Below the pieces are notes generated by a model that had not been told where the DNA came from, ran no database searches, and worked only from the letters and a program-made list of their open reading frames with translations. This document shows, in pieces, positions 48,196-57,421 of a stretch of 64,000 bases of DNA (its first letter is position 1; each line of letters starts with the position of its first letter). The DNA is from Polyangiales bacterium. Its GTDB lineage: Bacteria; Myxococcota_A; Polyangia; Polyangiales; Houyiibacteriaceae. Where the stretch lies: assembly GCA_045106895.1 (NCBI GenBank), contig JBGCFM010000082.1, positions 1 to 64,000 on the forward strand, read 5' to 3'. Made by a program: the position numbers and the translations under genes.

Positions 48196-48726
48196 ATGAG
48201 TGATACGAGCGCGGCAGTAGTGATGGAAGAGAACACGGACGTGACGTCCTTGGCGGACGGGGCCATGCCCGAAGAGACGCCGGAGGGGGCTCCGAAAAGG
48301 CGACGCAGTCGTCGGAAGCGCCGCTCCCGGGCCCGCGCGCGCACGATTTCGATTCGTCGTTTGAGCAAGGCGGAGCTCAACCGCGGTCGGCTCTTGTACC
48401 CAGAGACGGACTACTGGAAGCCGACGACTCGCGAAGAGTGCAAAGACATGGAACGTCCGTGTCCTTTCGTGAGCTGCAAGTTCCACCTCTTCATCGACGT
48501 CCACCCTGTGCGTGGCGCCATCAAGCTTAACTTCCCGGACCTCGAAGTCTGGGAGATGACCGAGACCTGTGCTCTCGACGTGGCTGACCGAAGCGGCATC
48601 ACGCTGGAAGAGGTCGGCGAGATCATGAACCTCACGCGTGAGCGTGTGCGTCAGGTGGAGACGGCGGGCCTCGCGAAGCTCGAGGCCATGCAGGAGATTT
48701 CCCGCCTCAAGGACTACATCGTCTAG
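48196..48726 (+). CDS. Stand-alone sigma70 region-4 HTH protein with a Cys/His cluster
   Basis: [20 protein letters not shown]; upstream C...CPFVSCKFH...C. Confidence 0.85.
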   Translation: MSDTSAAVVMEENTDVTSLADGAMPEETPEGAPKRRRSRRKRRSRARARTISIRRLSKAELNRGRLLYPETDYWKPTTREECKDMERPCPFVSCKFHLFIDVHPVRGAIKLNFPDLEVWEMTETCALDVADRSGITLEEVGEIMNLTRERVRQVETAGLAKLEAMQEISRLKDYIV

Positions 48727-48878
48727 AGCAAACCGGGGCCTCGAGTCCCAACGAGTAAATCGTCTGAGCGTCTTGGCTGGGTCGATGAGCGTTCCGCACT
48801 GTTGGTGTGCGGGGCGCTTTTTTAATTCGCGTCGCTCGGCGGCTTGGACGGCGAACGGCGCTGGCGTATATTCCGCCG

Positions 48879-49352
48879 ATGAGCGATTCAAACGCCCCCA
48901 AGCCGCCTTCCGAGCTTCCACCACTCTCGTCCGCCGCCGATTCCGAGGAGAGCGTCGAGCGTCGAACCGGCGAGGAGCGCCGGGGGGAAGACCGGCGTGA
49001 AGAAAAGAGCGCAGACGACGCAGAGGCGTCACCCAAGGACGACATGGCCGCTGCCTTCGACAGCATGAAGAAAGCCGCAGGCAAGCTGGCCGGGAAGGCG
49101 GACCCCGCGCTCAAAAAAACGAGCGACGCGATGGATCGCACGCTCAAGGACGTGGGCAAGAACGTCGACGCCGTCATCGACAAGATGGACCCCGCCATCG
49201 AAAGCGCGACGAAGGAAGCCAAGCGCCTAGCGGAAAAGCTCACCAAGAGCGCAGAGCCCGTGGCGAAGACCGTTCAGGAAGGCATTGGGCGTTTTGCGGA
49301 CAAGCTTGGGAAGTGGGCTCGCGGTGACGATGAGGGCAAAGAAGAAGAGTAG
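48879..49352 (+). CDS. Hypothetical helical-repeat (apolipoprotein/LEA-like) protein
   Basis: K/A/D-rich amphipathic repeats; coding-like codon bias. Confidence 0.55.
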   Translation: MSDSNAPKPPSELPPLSSAADSEESVERRTGEERRGEDRREEKSADDAEASPKDDMAAAFDSMKKAAGKLAGKADPALKKTSDAMDRTLKDVGKNVDAVIDKMDPAIESATKEAKRLAEKLTKSAEPVAKTVQEGIGRFADKLGKWARGDDEGKEEE

Positions 49353-49454
49353 TCGATAACTCCTGGTTATTGATTGGCTCAAAATTCGTAACGAGCGATT
49401 AGGGCTAGAAGCCTTCACGTTGTCTCCTGAGGATGAACCTCGGGGGAGAACACG

Positions 49455-49853
49455 ATGAGTAAAGTGAGACGAACACAGGCGTGCTTGTGGGGCGCACTAC
49501 TAGGAATCGCTGCGAGCTTCGCCGGCACAGCACGGGCGCAGGTCACTCGCCTGCCCGACCCACCGCCGATCGCCCTCGCCGAGGTGGGGCTGCTGGAGGT
49601 GCCGCCGGAGCCAAGAAGACACTATGCATGGCCCGTCGCGGTCATGAGCGCAGCAACGGTGATGACCGGGACGGGCGCCTTCGCAATCATCCAAAGCGCG
49701 TTTAGTTCCAGGTCGGAGCCGGCGCTGGCGGTTCCTTTCTTCTTCGGCGCGGCGCTCTTCGCGGTAGGGCTCAGCTGGCTCATTGCCCGTGCGGCGCGAT
49801 TTCGGCGGGCTCACCGTGCTTTTGAAGAAGGTACTCCCCGCCTCGTCTGGTAG
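49455..49853 (+). CDS. Hypothetical membrane protein
   Basis: GGAG RBS, signal peptide (ARA-Q), two TM helices. Confidence 0.55.
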   Translation: MSKVRRTQACLWGALLGIAASFAGTARAQVTRLPDPPPIALAEVGLLEVPPEPRRHYAWPVAVMSAATVMTGTGAFAIIQSAFSSRSEPALAVPFFFGAALFAVGLSWLIARAARFRRAHRAFEEGTPRLVW

Positions 49854-49922
49854 GACCCGCGTTTTATCGATAACTCGTGCTTGTTGATGATCGTCAGGCT
49901 TCGCCTTCGCATGGTCGCCGGA

Positions 49923-50438
49923 TCAGCCGTGGAGCATCAGGAACACGATGACGCCGGTGACGGACACGTAGATCCAGATGGGGGCGAGAATGCGTGTGAC
50001 GCGCCGGTGGGCCTTGAAGCGCTCTTTCCACGCGAAATAGAAAGCGCTGAGGGCCATCGGCACCACGGGGAGCGAGAGCAGCACGTGGCTGGCTAGGATC
50101 GCCAAGTAGACGCCGCGCATGGGACCCTCGTAGAGGGTGTCGCCATGGATGTAATGGTACGCGATGTAGCCAACGAGGAAGAGCGAGGAGGACAGGAACG
50201 CGCCGCTCATCAGCCACTGATGGGCCGTTCGGCGACCCGTTCGAATCGCGTACCAGCCCGCACACAACAGGACGGCGGCGGTGGCGTTGAAGCAAGCGTT
50301 GAGTGCCGGGACCCACTCGATGGCGAGGTCCGTCGGCGGGGCGTCACGCAGGACAAGCCAGCTCAAGAAGAGCAGGGCGGCGGTGGACACGATGGCGTTG
50401 AGGATGAAAAACCCTCGATCGCTACTTTGCTTCGACAT
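49923..50438 (-). CDS. DUF420 family membrane protein
   Basis: PALNACFN, FLVGYIAYH, YLAILASH and WIYVSVTGVIV. Confidence 0.88.
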   Translation of the reverse strand: MSKQSSDRGFFILNAIVSTAALLFLSWLVLRDAPPTDLAIEWVPALNACFNATAAVLLCAGWYAIRTGRRTAHQWLMSGAFLSSSLFLVGYIAYHYIHGDTLYEGPMRGVYLAILASHVLLSLPVVPMALSAFYFAWKERFKAHRRVTRILAPIWIYVSVTGVIVFLMLHG

Positions 50439-51355
50439 TAGGGATCCCAGTTGAGACCAACGCGTGTTCCCACAAGGAACGCGTGTTCGGTGGAGGCGCC
50501 ATCGGCGCTTGGAAAGATTTCGTAGCCAATCCAGAGCAGCCCGTAGGGCATGAACTTGGAGACCCGGGGGGTGGTGACGCCGTAGCCGATGGAAGCCCGG
50601 GCACCGTGCCGAACGGTGTCTGACCACAGCGTTCGGTAGCTCAGCTGAACGTCGAAGACGCGAGAGATATTCGTGTAGCGGAACAGAAGAGGGATGGCGC
50701 TGGAGAAGACGGCTTCAAAGGAGCGGCTGCCATCTGGGGCTTCGGGGAGTGTGCCGTCGGCGCCGAGCTCAATGCCGATGCCAAGGGTAAGGCGCCGGAT
50801 ACCGAAGCCCAGCATGAGCGCGCCGCCGCCGCCGCCGCCGAAACCGGTTTCGCCGTCCGACAAGCGCAACGCGCCGGCGCCGACGCTCTCCGCCAGGATG
50901 ACGACGCGGCCTTCATCCGATTCGATGCCGGCGAAGGAAGAGTCTGGCTCAGTCCAATATGGGCACTCGGCGGCTATCTGGTCTCCCGCTTCGAGGAGCA
51001 TGCGAACGCGTTCGATGTGGCGGAGGCGCTCGACGCGGCGAGTCATGCTGTCGCCCTCTTCGCGATAAGCGAGCTCTGAGGGGTGCTCGTGGGCGCTGGC
51101 ACCTTGGCCGATTTCGTCTTCAAAACGCGCGTCGATCCAGGCGCGGAGGTCTTCACGGGCCTCCGGGGTCGTCTGACAGACGCTGTTCATGATGTCGTCG
51201 TTGAGCTCTTCGACGGCGAGACGGTCGACGACCCAGGAGGTTGCGGCCTGGTACTCAACTGCTTTGTGCAGGTCGATGTAGAGACCGCGGGCGTCACGCG
51301 TAGGAGGAAGCTGAGAGCAGCCCACCAAAACGCTGAGTAAAAGTAGTGCTCTCAT
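50438..51355 (-). CDS. Hypothetical lipoprotein with a beta-barrel-like C-terminus
   Basis: Lipobox LVGC; alternating beta-strand pattern ending VGLNWDP; coupled to the mutM stop. Confidence 0.65.
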   Translation of the reverse strand: MRALLLLSVLVGCSQLPPTRDARGLYIDLHKAVEYQAATSWVVDRLAVEELNDDIMNSVCQTTPEAREDLRAWIDARFEDEIGQGASAHEHPSELAYREEGDSMTRRVERLRHIERVRMLLEAGDQIAAECPYWTEPDSSFAGIESDEGRVVILAESVGAGALRLSDGETGFGGGGGGALMLGFGIRRLTLGIGIELGADGTLPEAPDGSRSFEAVFSSAIPLLFRYTNISRVFDVQLSYRTLWSDTVRHGARASIGYGVTTPRVSKFMPYGLLWIGYEIFPSADGASTEHAFLVGTRVGLNWDP

Positions 51356-52161
51356 GATGGCTGCTCCCCCTGACACTGAGGGCACCAAAAGGTGGACCGA
51401 CCGCTCTGGGGGAAGCGCTCGATGGGGGTCTCACACGCGTCGCAGTGCTCGCTCTCACGGCCATAGACGAGGAAGGGGTTCGCTACATGGGCGCCATCGC
51501 TCATGTACTGGACCTCGTCACCCGGGGTGGTCCGCAACGTGTGTTCGATGCTCTCCATCATGGCGGTGTATAGGGCTACGACCTGCGATTCGTCGAGGGC
51601 AGAAGTGAGGGCACGAGGATCGATGCCCGCTCGATAGAGCGCTTCGCAGGCTTGAATGTTGCCAAGGCCCGCGATCTGAGCCTGGTTCATGAGCCTGGTC
51701 TTGATCGCTGCCCTGCTTTTCCCCAGGGCACGGCGTAGAGACTCGGGCCCCGCGAGGGAGAGGGCGTCGGGCCCGAGAGACGCGATTTTCGCACGCTCCC
51801 AGACCTCTTCGCGGCTGCCCGCATCGATGTGCCCGAAGCGTCGTACATCGACGAAGGCGACGAACCCTTCTTGGGTGTGAAACGCAGCGCGTGTATGCGA
51901 CGGCAAGGTGGTCCCGGTGCGCCAAAGCAGCTTGCCGCTCATCCCAAGATGCAGACCGACAACGCCTTCATCGAGGATCAAGAAGAGGTTCTTGCCGTAG
52001 CGTTCAAGGGACACCACGCGGCGCCCTTGTGTCGTCTGCATCACGGCTTCCTTGGACGTACGTGGCGCTTGGTCGTCGACGACCTCCAGGCGAAAGGTGC
52101 GTCCGAGCAAGTGCGCTTCGGCGAAGCGCTTGGCGATTTCGACTTCAGGAAGCTCAGGCAT
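51352..52161 (-). CDS. mutM: Formamidopyrimidine-DNA glycosylase (Fpg/Nei)
   Basis: MPELPEVE, HLGMSG, GLGNI and the CxxC...CPQCQ zinc finger. Confidence 0.93.
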   Translation of the reverse strand: MPELPEVEIAKRFAEAHLLGRTFRLEVVDDQAPRTSKEAVMQTTQGRRVVSLERYGKNLFLILDEGVVGLHLGMSGKLLWRTGTTLPSHTRAAFHTQEGFVAFVDVRRFGHIDAGSREEVWERAKIASLGPDALSLAGPESLRRALGKSRAAIKTRLMNQAQIAGLGNIQACEALYRAGIDPRALTSALDESQVVALYTAMMESIEHTLRTTPGDEVQYMSDGAHVANPFLVYGRESEHCDACETPIERFPQSGRSTFWCPQCQGEQPS

Positions 52162-52167
52162 ATGGTG

Positions 52168-53697
52168 CTAGTCGCGCAAGCGGCGCTCGCGCATCCGCCA
52201 CGCCAGCCGCGTTGCGATGGACATGATGGAGAGCTGAGGGTTTACGCCGAGGCTCGTCGGCAGGATGGACCCATCCACCACGTAGAGTTCGTCCATGTCG
52301 AAGGCGCGCCCATCGGCGTCGACGACGGCATCACGCCGGTCGCGGCCCATACGGGCGGTGCCGAGGGGGTGCTGAGATGACACCTCGAAGCGCCGCATCG
52401 GTAACGACTCAAGGTCCATCGCGCGGAACTCGTCGGCGCTCAGCCCGCGCCCGAGACCGAGGATAGGCGGGAAAATCTCCAGGGCCCCGGCGGCGAAGTA
52501 GGTCTCCGCCAGCGCCCGGACCACGGCGTGGACCTTGGGCTTGTCGCTCGCGGCCATCTTGTAGGACACGATGGGCTCTCGCCCGGGACCTCGGCGAACC
52601 GTCCCGCCTCCTTCGTCGTGAATCATGCCGCCAAACATGGCAATATTTGGCAGAGCTTTCGCGCGCTTGTAGTGACTGAGTCCGATGCCGGGCATCGTCG
52701 CGCCGACGACGCTCGGAGGAACAAAGACGCTCACGAGGGTGACGCCTTGCTCCTCGAAGGCGTCGCTGAAGGCCGACTGCATCGCGCCTCGCCATCCGAA
52801 GACATCTTCCTTGAAGCGGGCCATCATGCGGAAGCCCGGGTGAAGGGTCATCCGCTTGCCGAGAGCGTCACACCCGCGGCCGACGCCGCTGCGGGCAAGG
52901 ATAAGCGGCGTGTACCAGGCGCTGCACGCGAGGACGACGCGCTTTGCGTGGACCGTGAGCTTGTCGCCTGCTTTGCCTCCGCGTCGGTTTAGGATGCGTC
53001 CCTCGACGCCCACGGCGCGGCCGCCTTTGCTGAGGACGCGGTCGACGAGACAGTGGGAGTAGACCGTGGCGCCGGCGGCGACAGCCCGCGGAAGATAGCT
53101 GAGGTCGACGCTGAGCTTCGCGCCTTCCGGGCAGCCGAAGTTGCAACGCCCGCAGCCTTGGCAGTCCTTGGTGTTGCGCTTGAGGCTCTCGAGCTGAAAG
53201 CCGCGCTTGCGTGCGCCTTCGTCGAAGAGCGTGGTCGCGCGCGAACGCATGGACACAGGGACTTCACCGATGTGGCAGTGCTTTTCGACGGAGGCGGTGG
53301 GAGCCTCCATGGAATTCTCCGTGTACTCCGGTAGCCCGTGGCCATCGCGCCATTCTTGCAGAATGCGACCCGGGAGGCGGAAGCAGACGCCGCCGGTAAG
53401 TACCGACGAACCGCCGACCACCTTGCCCATGGTGACGTTGATGACCGGCGAGTCGCCAACGGGCGCTGCGACGGTCATGCCGCCGTCTCGCCAGATGTGG
53501 CGAAGTGACTCGCTGACGCGCATGGCGCCGTATTCCTTTTGTGGAACGCGTGCCCCTTCTTCGAGGACGACGACGCGCAGGCCGGACTCCGCGAGCTCTG
53601 TGGCGACGACGGCGCCGCTGGCCCCGGAACCGACGACGACGACATCGGCGTCGAGGGTCAGGTCGCCCTTGTGATCGCGTGCGCTTTCGTAGGTCAC
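52168..53697 (-). CDS. GMC family oxidoreductase
   Basis: VVGSGASG, VGGSS, CQGCGRCNFGC, HPLGT and GVNPQLSI. Start set at the GTG overlapping the upstream stop. Confidence 0.9.
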   Translation of the reverse strand: MTYESARDHKGDLTLDADVVVVGSGASGAVVATELAESGLRVVVLEEGARVPQKEYGAMRVSESLRHIWRDGGMTVAAPVGDSPVINVTMGKVVGGSSVLTGGVCFRLPGRILQEWRDGHGLPEYTENSMEAPTASVEKHCHIGEVPVSMRSRATTLFDEGARKRGFQLESLKRNTKDCQGCGRCNFGCPEGAKLSVDLSYLPRAVAAGATVYSHCLVDRVLSKGGRAVGVEGRILNRRGGKAGDKLTVHAKRVVLACSAWYTPLILARSGVGRGCDALGKRMTLHPGFRMMARFKEDVFGWRGAMQSAFSDAFEEQGVTLVSVFVPPSVVGATMPGIGLSHYKRAKALPNIAMFGGMIHDEGGGTVRRGPGREPIVSYKMAASDKPKVHAVVRALAETYFAAGALEIFPPILGLGRGLSADEFRAMDLESLPMRRFEVSSQHPLGTARMGRDRRDAVVDADGRAFDMDELYVVDGSILPTSLGVNPQLSIMSIATRLAWRMRERRLRD

Positions 53698-54152
53698 GAG
53701 CTCGCCTCCATGGACTTTAGGCAGGCGTCGTCGATGCGAACGTCCTCGCGTACCTCCGGATGCTCGTACCAAATCAGACAGAGCATGGCTTTGGCGCCGA
53801 GAACGGCCAGGCCCAGCTGGGTCTCTTCGAACTTCTCGATGGCTTTCGCGCGGGCTTCAGGCTTGAGCATGGTGAGCGGTACGGGCTTGCCGTCGCTCAA
53901 GGGTGCGAGGGTTTGAAGTGCCGTGATGGCGCCTTGAAAGACCAGCTGGGCGCGGGTACCTGCGCACGCCAGAAAGTCATCGAGTTCGTCCATCAGCCAG
54001 TCGATGCGCTGCGGGTCTGGGGCGCCGGCGTCCGTATGAAAGAGCGCCTCGGCGAAGGCGCGCGTTGCGGGACGCAAAGGACGCGGGACTTTCCACTCGA
54101 ACTCGTGTGCGTCCGCGACATCGATGCGTGGAGGGGCGGAGCTTGAATTCAT
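53694..54152 (-). CDS. Small GMC partner (gluconate-2-dehydrogenase subunit 3-like)
   Basis: Coupled to the GMC gene; KAMLCLIWYEHPEV motif. Confidence 0.6.
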   Translation of the reverse strand: MNSSSAPPRIDVADAHEFEWKVPRPLRPATRAFAEALFHTDAGAPDPQRIDWLMDELDDFLACAGTRAQLVFQGAITALQTLAPLSDGKPVPLTMLKPEARAKAIEKFEETQLGLAVLGAKAMLCLIWYEHPEVREDVRIDDACLKSMEASS

Positions 54153-55528
54153 GAGCTTGCTTTCGGGGAAGACTTCGGAGCGCCAGCGAAGCGAGCGACA
54201 ACGACGGCGGCGGCGGAGTCGCTCCAGACATTGACGGTGGTTCGACACATGTCGAGGACCCGGTCCACGGCCAAGATCAGGCCAACGGCGGTGGTAGGGA
54301 GGCCGACGGCGCTTAGGACGACGACCATCATCACGGTGCCGGCGTGAGGAATGCCGGCGGCACCGACGCTGGCGAGGAGCGCGGTGATGGCGACGACGAT
54401 TTGCTGACTAAGGCTGAGGTCGAGGCCGTAGAGCTGCGCGATAAAGAGCACGGCGACGGCTTCGTAGAGAGCGGTGCCGTCCATGTTGATGGTCGCGCCG
54501 AGCGGAAGAACGAAGGAGCTGACGTGGCGGGGGACGCCGGCGCTCTCCACGCTGCGCATGGTGAGCGGGAGCGTGCCGTTGCTCGAAGCGGTGGAGAATG
54601 CCGTCAAAAGCGCGGGGACCATGCTCTTCGCATGGGCCACCGGCGAGCGGTGGCCGAGGGTCTTGAGGAGAATCGGCAACGTGATGAGGGCGTGAATGCA
54701 CAGCGCGATGAAGACTGTGATGGCATACTTGCCCAGCAGCACGAAGGCGTCCGCTCCATGGGCCGCCGACGCGTGGAGCATAAAGCCAAACACGCCGATG
54801 GGGGCGAGGCTGATGACCGCCATGGTCATGCGCATCATGACGGCGAAGAGGCCCGCGAAGAAGCGGCGAAGGAGCGCGGCGCCTTCGGAGGCGCGTTTGA
54901 TGTCTTCTGCCTCGGCTTCCGCTTCGTCGGCCGACTCTCTGTAGCCGGGGTCGCTTTCCTTCTTCGGCTCCTGGTGTTCTACGAGGGAGATGAAGACGCC
55001 GAGGATGAGCGAAAAGAAGATGATGGGCAGCATGTCGCCCTGTGCCGCGGCCTGGAGAGGGTTCGTCGGAATCATCGAGGTGAGCTGACTCCATAGGACC
55101 GTGCCGAGCCCGCTCCCTCCGGTTTCTGCGACGGCGGGAAGGGCGGCGCCCTCGGCGCTGGCTTCGATGAGGGATAGGTCCGCCCCGACGCCGGGCTGGA
55201 TGATGTTGACCATGATGATGCCCGTCGTGATCGCGAGGGCGCTGGTCCCCATGTAAAACGCGAGGGTCCGGGCGCCGAGGCTTCCGAGGTCTTTGAGGTT
55301 GCCCATCGCAGTCACGCCCGCGATAAGGGACGACACGATAAGCGGCACGACGAGCATCTTCAGCAGCCTGAGGAAGAGCCCTCCGATCTCTTTGCCGGCG
55401 CTGGCGACGACTTCCACCGTTGCGGCGCTGACGCTCCCGCTCGCGCCAAGGACATTGAGGGTGAGACCGATCGCGGCGCCCAAGGCCATTGCGATCAGAA
55501 TCCAGTGGTGCAGTTTCAATCGCTTCAT
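54149..55528 (-). CDS. Dicarboxylate/amino acid:cation symporter (DAACS)
   Basis: FLRLLKMLVVPL, FSTASSNGTLP, GATINMDGTALYE and DRVLDMCRT. Confidence 0.95.
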   Translation of the reverse strand: MKRLKLHHWILIAMALGAAIGLTLNVLGASGSVSAATVEVVASAGKEIGGLFLRLLKMLVVPLIVSSLIAGVTAMGNLKDLGSLGARTLAFYMGTSALAITTGIIMVNIIQPGVGADLSLIEASAEGAALPAVAETGGSGLGTVLWSQLTSMIPTNPLQAAAQGDMLPIIFFSLILGVFISLVEHQEPKKESDPGYRESADEAEAEAEDIKRASEGAALLRRFFAGLFAVMMRMTMAVISLAPIGVFGFMLHASAAHGADAFVLLGKYAITVFIALCIHALITLPILLKTLGHRSPVAHAKSMVPALLTAFSTASSNGTLPLTMRSVESAGVPRHVSSFVLPLGATINMDGTALYEAVAVLFIAQLYGLDLSLSQQIVVAITALLASVGAAGIPHAGTVMMVVVLSAVGLPTTAVGLILAVDRVLDMCRTTVNVWSDSAAAVVVARFAGAPKSSPKASS

Positions 55529-55602
55529 AGTCGGCGCGGCAGTATGGTGCAGGTCATGACACTGTGTCGACCAACGATCGCAAAAGCGGCCCCCGGGGAG
55601 CG

Positions 55603-56778
55603 ATGAGCAGCGACGAAGAGGCCATCGGCGCCGAGAGTGAGCGTGCATTGCCGGTGCTCCGCGCGCTCATCGACTCCGTCGACCGGGATATCTTGAACCT
55701 TTTGGCGCGGCGAATGGGCCTCGTCGCAGAGGTTGCAGCGTTTAAGCGTCACCATGGCGTGCCCATTCGTGATGTGGCGCGGGAGCGCAGCCTCCTGGAA
55801 GACCGAGCGACGCGCGGGGCGGGCCTCGGGCTGTCTCCGGACTTTGTGGACTCGGTTTATCGCTCACTCATGAAAGAGTCGCGCGACCGCCAGGCGGCGT
55901 TGCGGGCTGGAATCCCGAGGGAAGAAGGGCAACCGAAGACCGTCGCGGTCATCGGCGGCGAAGGCGGGATGGGTCAGAGTCTCCAGCGTCTCTTCGCCGA
56001 CCTAGGACATGCGGTGATGAGCGCCGACCTTCACACGGAGTTACGCCCCGTGGACGCCGCGAAGGCCGCCGACGTGGTGGTCATCTCCGTTCCCATCGGC
56101 GTGACGCTTGAGGTGATTCGAACTCTCGGTCCGCACGTTCGAAAAAGCTCCCTGCTGATGGACGTGACGAGCATCAAGGAAGCACCACTTCAAGCGATGC
56201 TCGACGCCACAGACGCGAGCGTCATCGGCACGCATCCGATGTTCGGTCCTGGGGTGCACAGCTTCTCGAGTCAGCGCGTCGTCCTGTGTCGGGGCCGCGG
56301 GGACGATTGGTACACCTGGGCCAAGCGTCAGCTCGAAGGACGCGGGCTTCTAGTGACGGAGGCCGAAGCCGAGGCTCACGACCGAACCATGGCCATCGTG
56401 CAGGTGCTCAATCACTTTGAGACGCAGGTGATGGGGCTTGCCCTCGCGCGTAGCGGCGTGTCCTTGGACGAGACACTCGACTATACGTCACCGGCCTATC
56501 TTCTTGAGGCGTACGTGACCGGTCGGCACTTCGCCCAGGACCCGGCGCTCTATGGGCCCATCGAGATGAGCAACCCGCGGACCGCGGAAGTCACGGGCAC
56601 ATTCCTGGAGGCCGCGACGGAGCTGCAGGATGTGCTGCGCCGCGGAGACCAGACAGCCTTCGAAGCCATCTTTGATGAGGTGCGCGGGTTCTTCGGCCCT
56701 TCGTTCACGGCTGAGGCTCAGGAGCAGAGCCGTTTCCTCATCGACCGACTGGTGGAACTCACCGCGGGGCACGACTGA
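55603..56778 (+). CDS. tyrA: Bifunctional chorismate mutase/prephenate dehydrogenase
   Basis: N-terminal LRALIDSVD chorismate mutase domain; IGGEGGMG, DVTSIK, HPMFGP and HDRTMA. Confidence 0.92.
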   Translation: MSSDEEAIGAESERALPVLRALIDSVDRDILNLLARRMGLVAEVAAFKRHHGVPIRDVARERSLLEDRATRGAGLGLSPDFVDSVYRSLMKESRDRQAALRAGIPREEGQPKTVAVIGGEGGMGQSLQRLFADLGHAVMSADLHTELRPVDAAKAADVVVISVPIGVTLEVIRTLGPHVRKSSLLMDVTSIKEAPLQAMLDATDASVIGTHPMFGPGVHSFSSQRVVLCRGRGDDWYTWAKRQLEGRGLLVTEAEAEAHDRTMAIVQVLNHFETQVMGLALARSGVSLDETLDYTSPAYLLEAYVTGRHFAQDPALYGPIEMSNPRTAEVTGTFLEAATELQDVLRRGDQTAFEAIFDEVRGFFGPSFTAEAQEQSRFLIDRLVELTAGHD

Positions 56779-56809
56779 TGTTGGTCCTTCGTCGCGGCAG
56801 GCGACGCTA

Positions 56810-57421
56810 GTGTGCGGTCGTTTTGCGCTGAACGTTCATGGTGAGTCAGTTTTCGACAGCTTCGATTGGCTCGATCGGGGGCGCGCCACCGACGAAGGAG
56901 CGGAGCCGTGGTCTCCCATGCGCAACATCGCTCCCACCAACGAATCCCTTCTCATTGGAAAACGTCCAGGCGCCAAACCCACGCTGCGTCGCATGCGCTG
57001 GGGCATGACGACTAGCGCAAACACGAAGACACGGACCCAGATCAACGCACGCGTCGAGACGTTGCACGCTCGCCCGCTTTTTCGTCGGGCCTTCCAGCGC
57101 GGTCGCTGTCTCGTGCCTGCGACGGGCTACTACGAGTGGTTTGACGCGGGCGAGGGGAAGAAGCCGTACTACGCCGTCGATGCGCGAGGTCAGCTGCTCC
57201 TCATGGCGGGCCTCTACGAGCGGAGCGCCGCCGGTGTTTTTGGCTTCGTCGTCGTGACGCAGCCAAGCTCCGGGACGGCATCGCAATACCACGCGCGTAT
57301 GCCTCTCCTCGTGCCAGCAGCGCAACGCGAGCGCTGGCTTGATGACCCAGACCCGCGAACTCGGCTTCGCAGCGTTGAGACCTCGCTCCATTGGTCGCAG
57401 ACGGACCCAAATAAGACATGA
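56810..57421 (+). CDS. SRAP (YedK/HMCES) abasic-site crosslinking protein
   Basis: GTG start gives MCGRF; NIAPT, INARVET, GYYEW and HARMP. Confidence 0.9.
   Translation: MCGRFALNVHGESVFDSFDWLDRGRATDEGAEPWSPMRNIAPTNESLLIGKRPGAKPTLRRMRWGMTTSANTKTRTQINARVETLHARPLFRRAFQRGRCLVPATGYYEWFDAGEGKKPYYAVDARGQLLLMAGLYERSAAGVFGFVVVTQPSSGTASQYHARMPLLVPAAQRERWLDDPDPRTRLRSVETSLHWSQTDPNKT

Noticed and set aside
10979..57421. xth, mutM and SRAP as an abasic-site repair island
   Set aside because: Spread over 46 kb in unrelated operons; consistent with chance.
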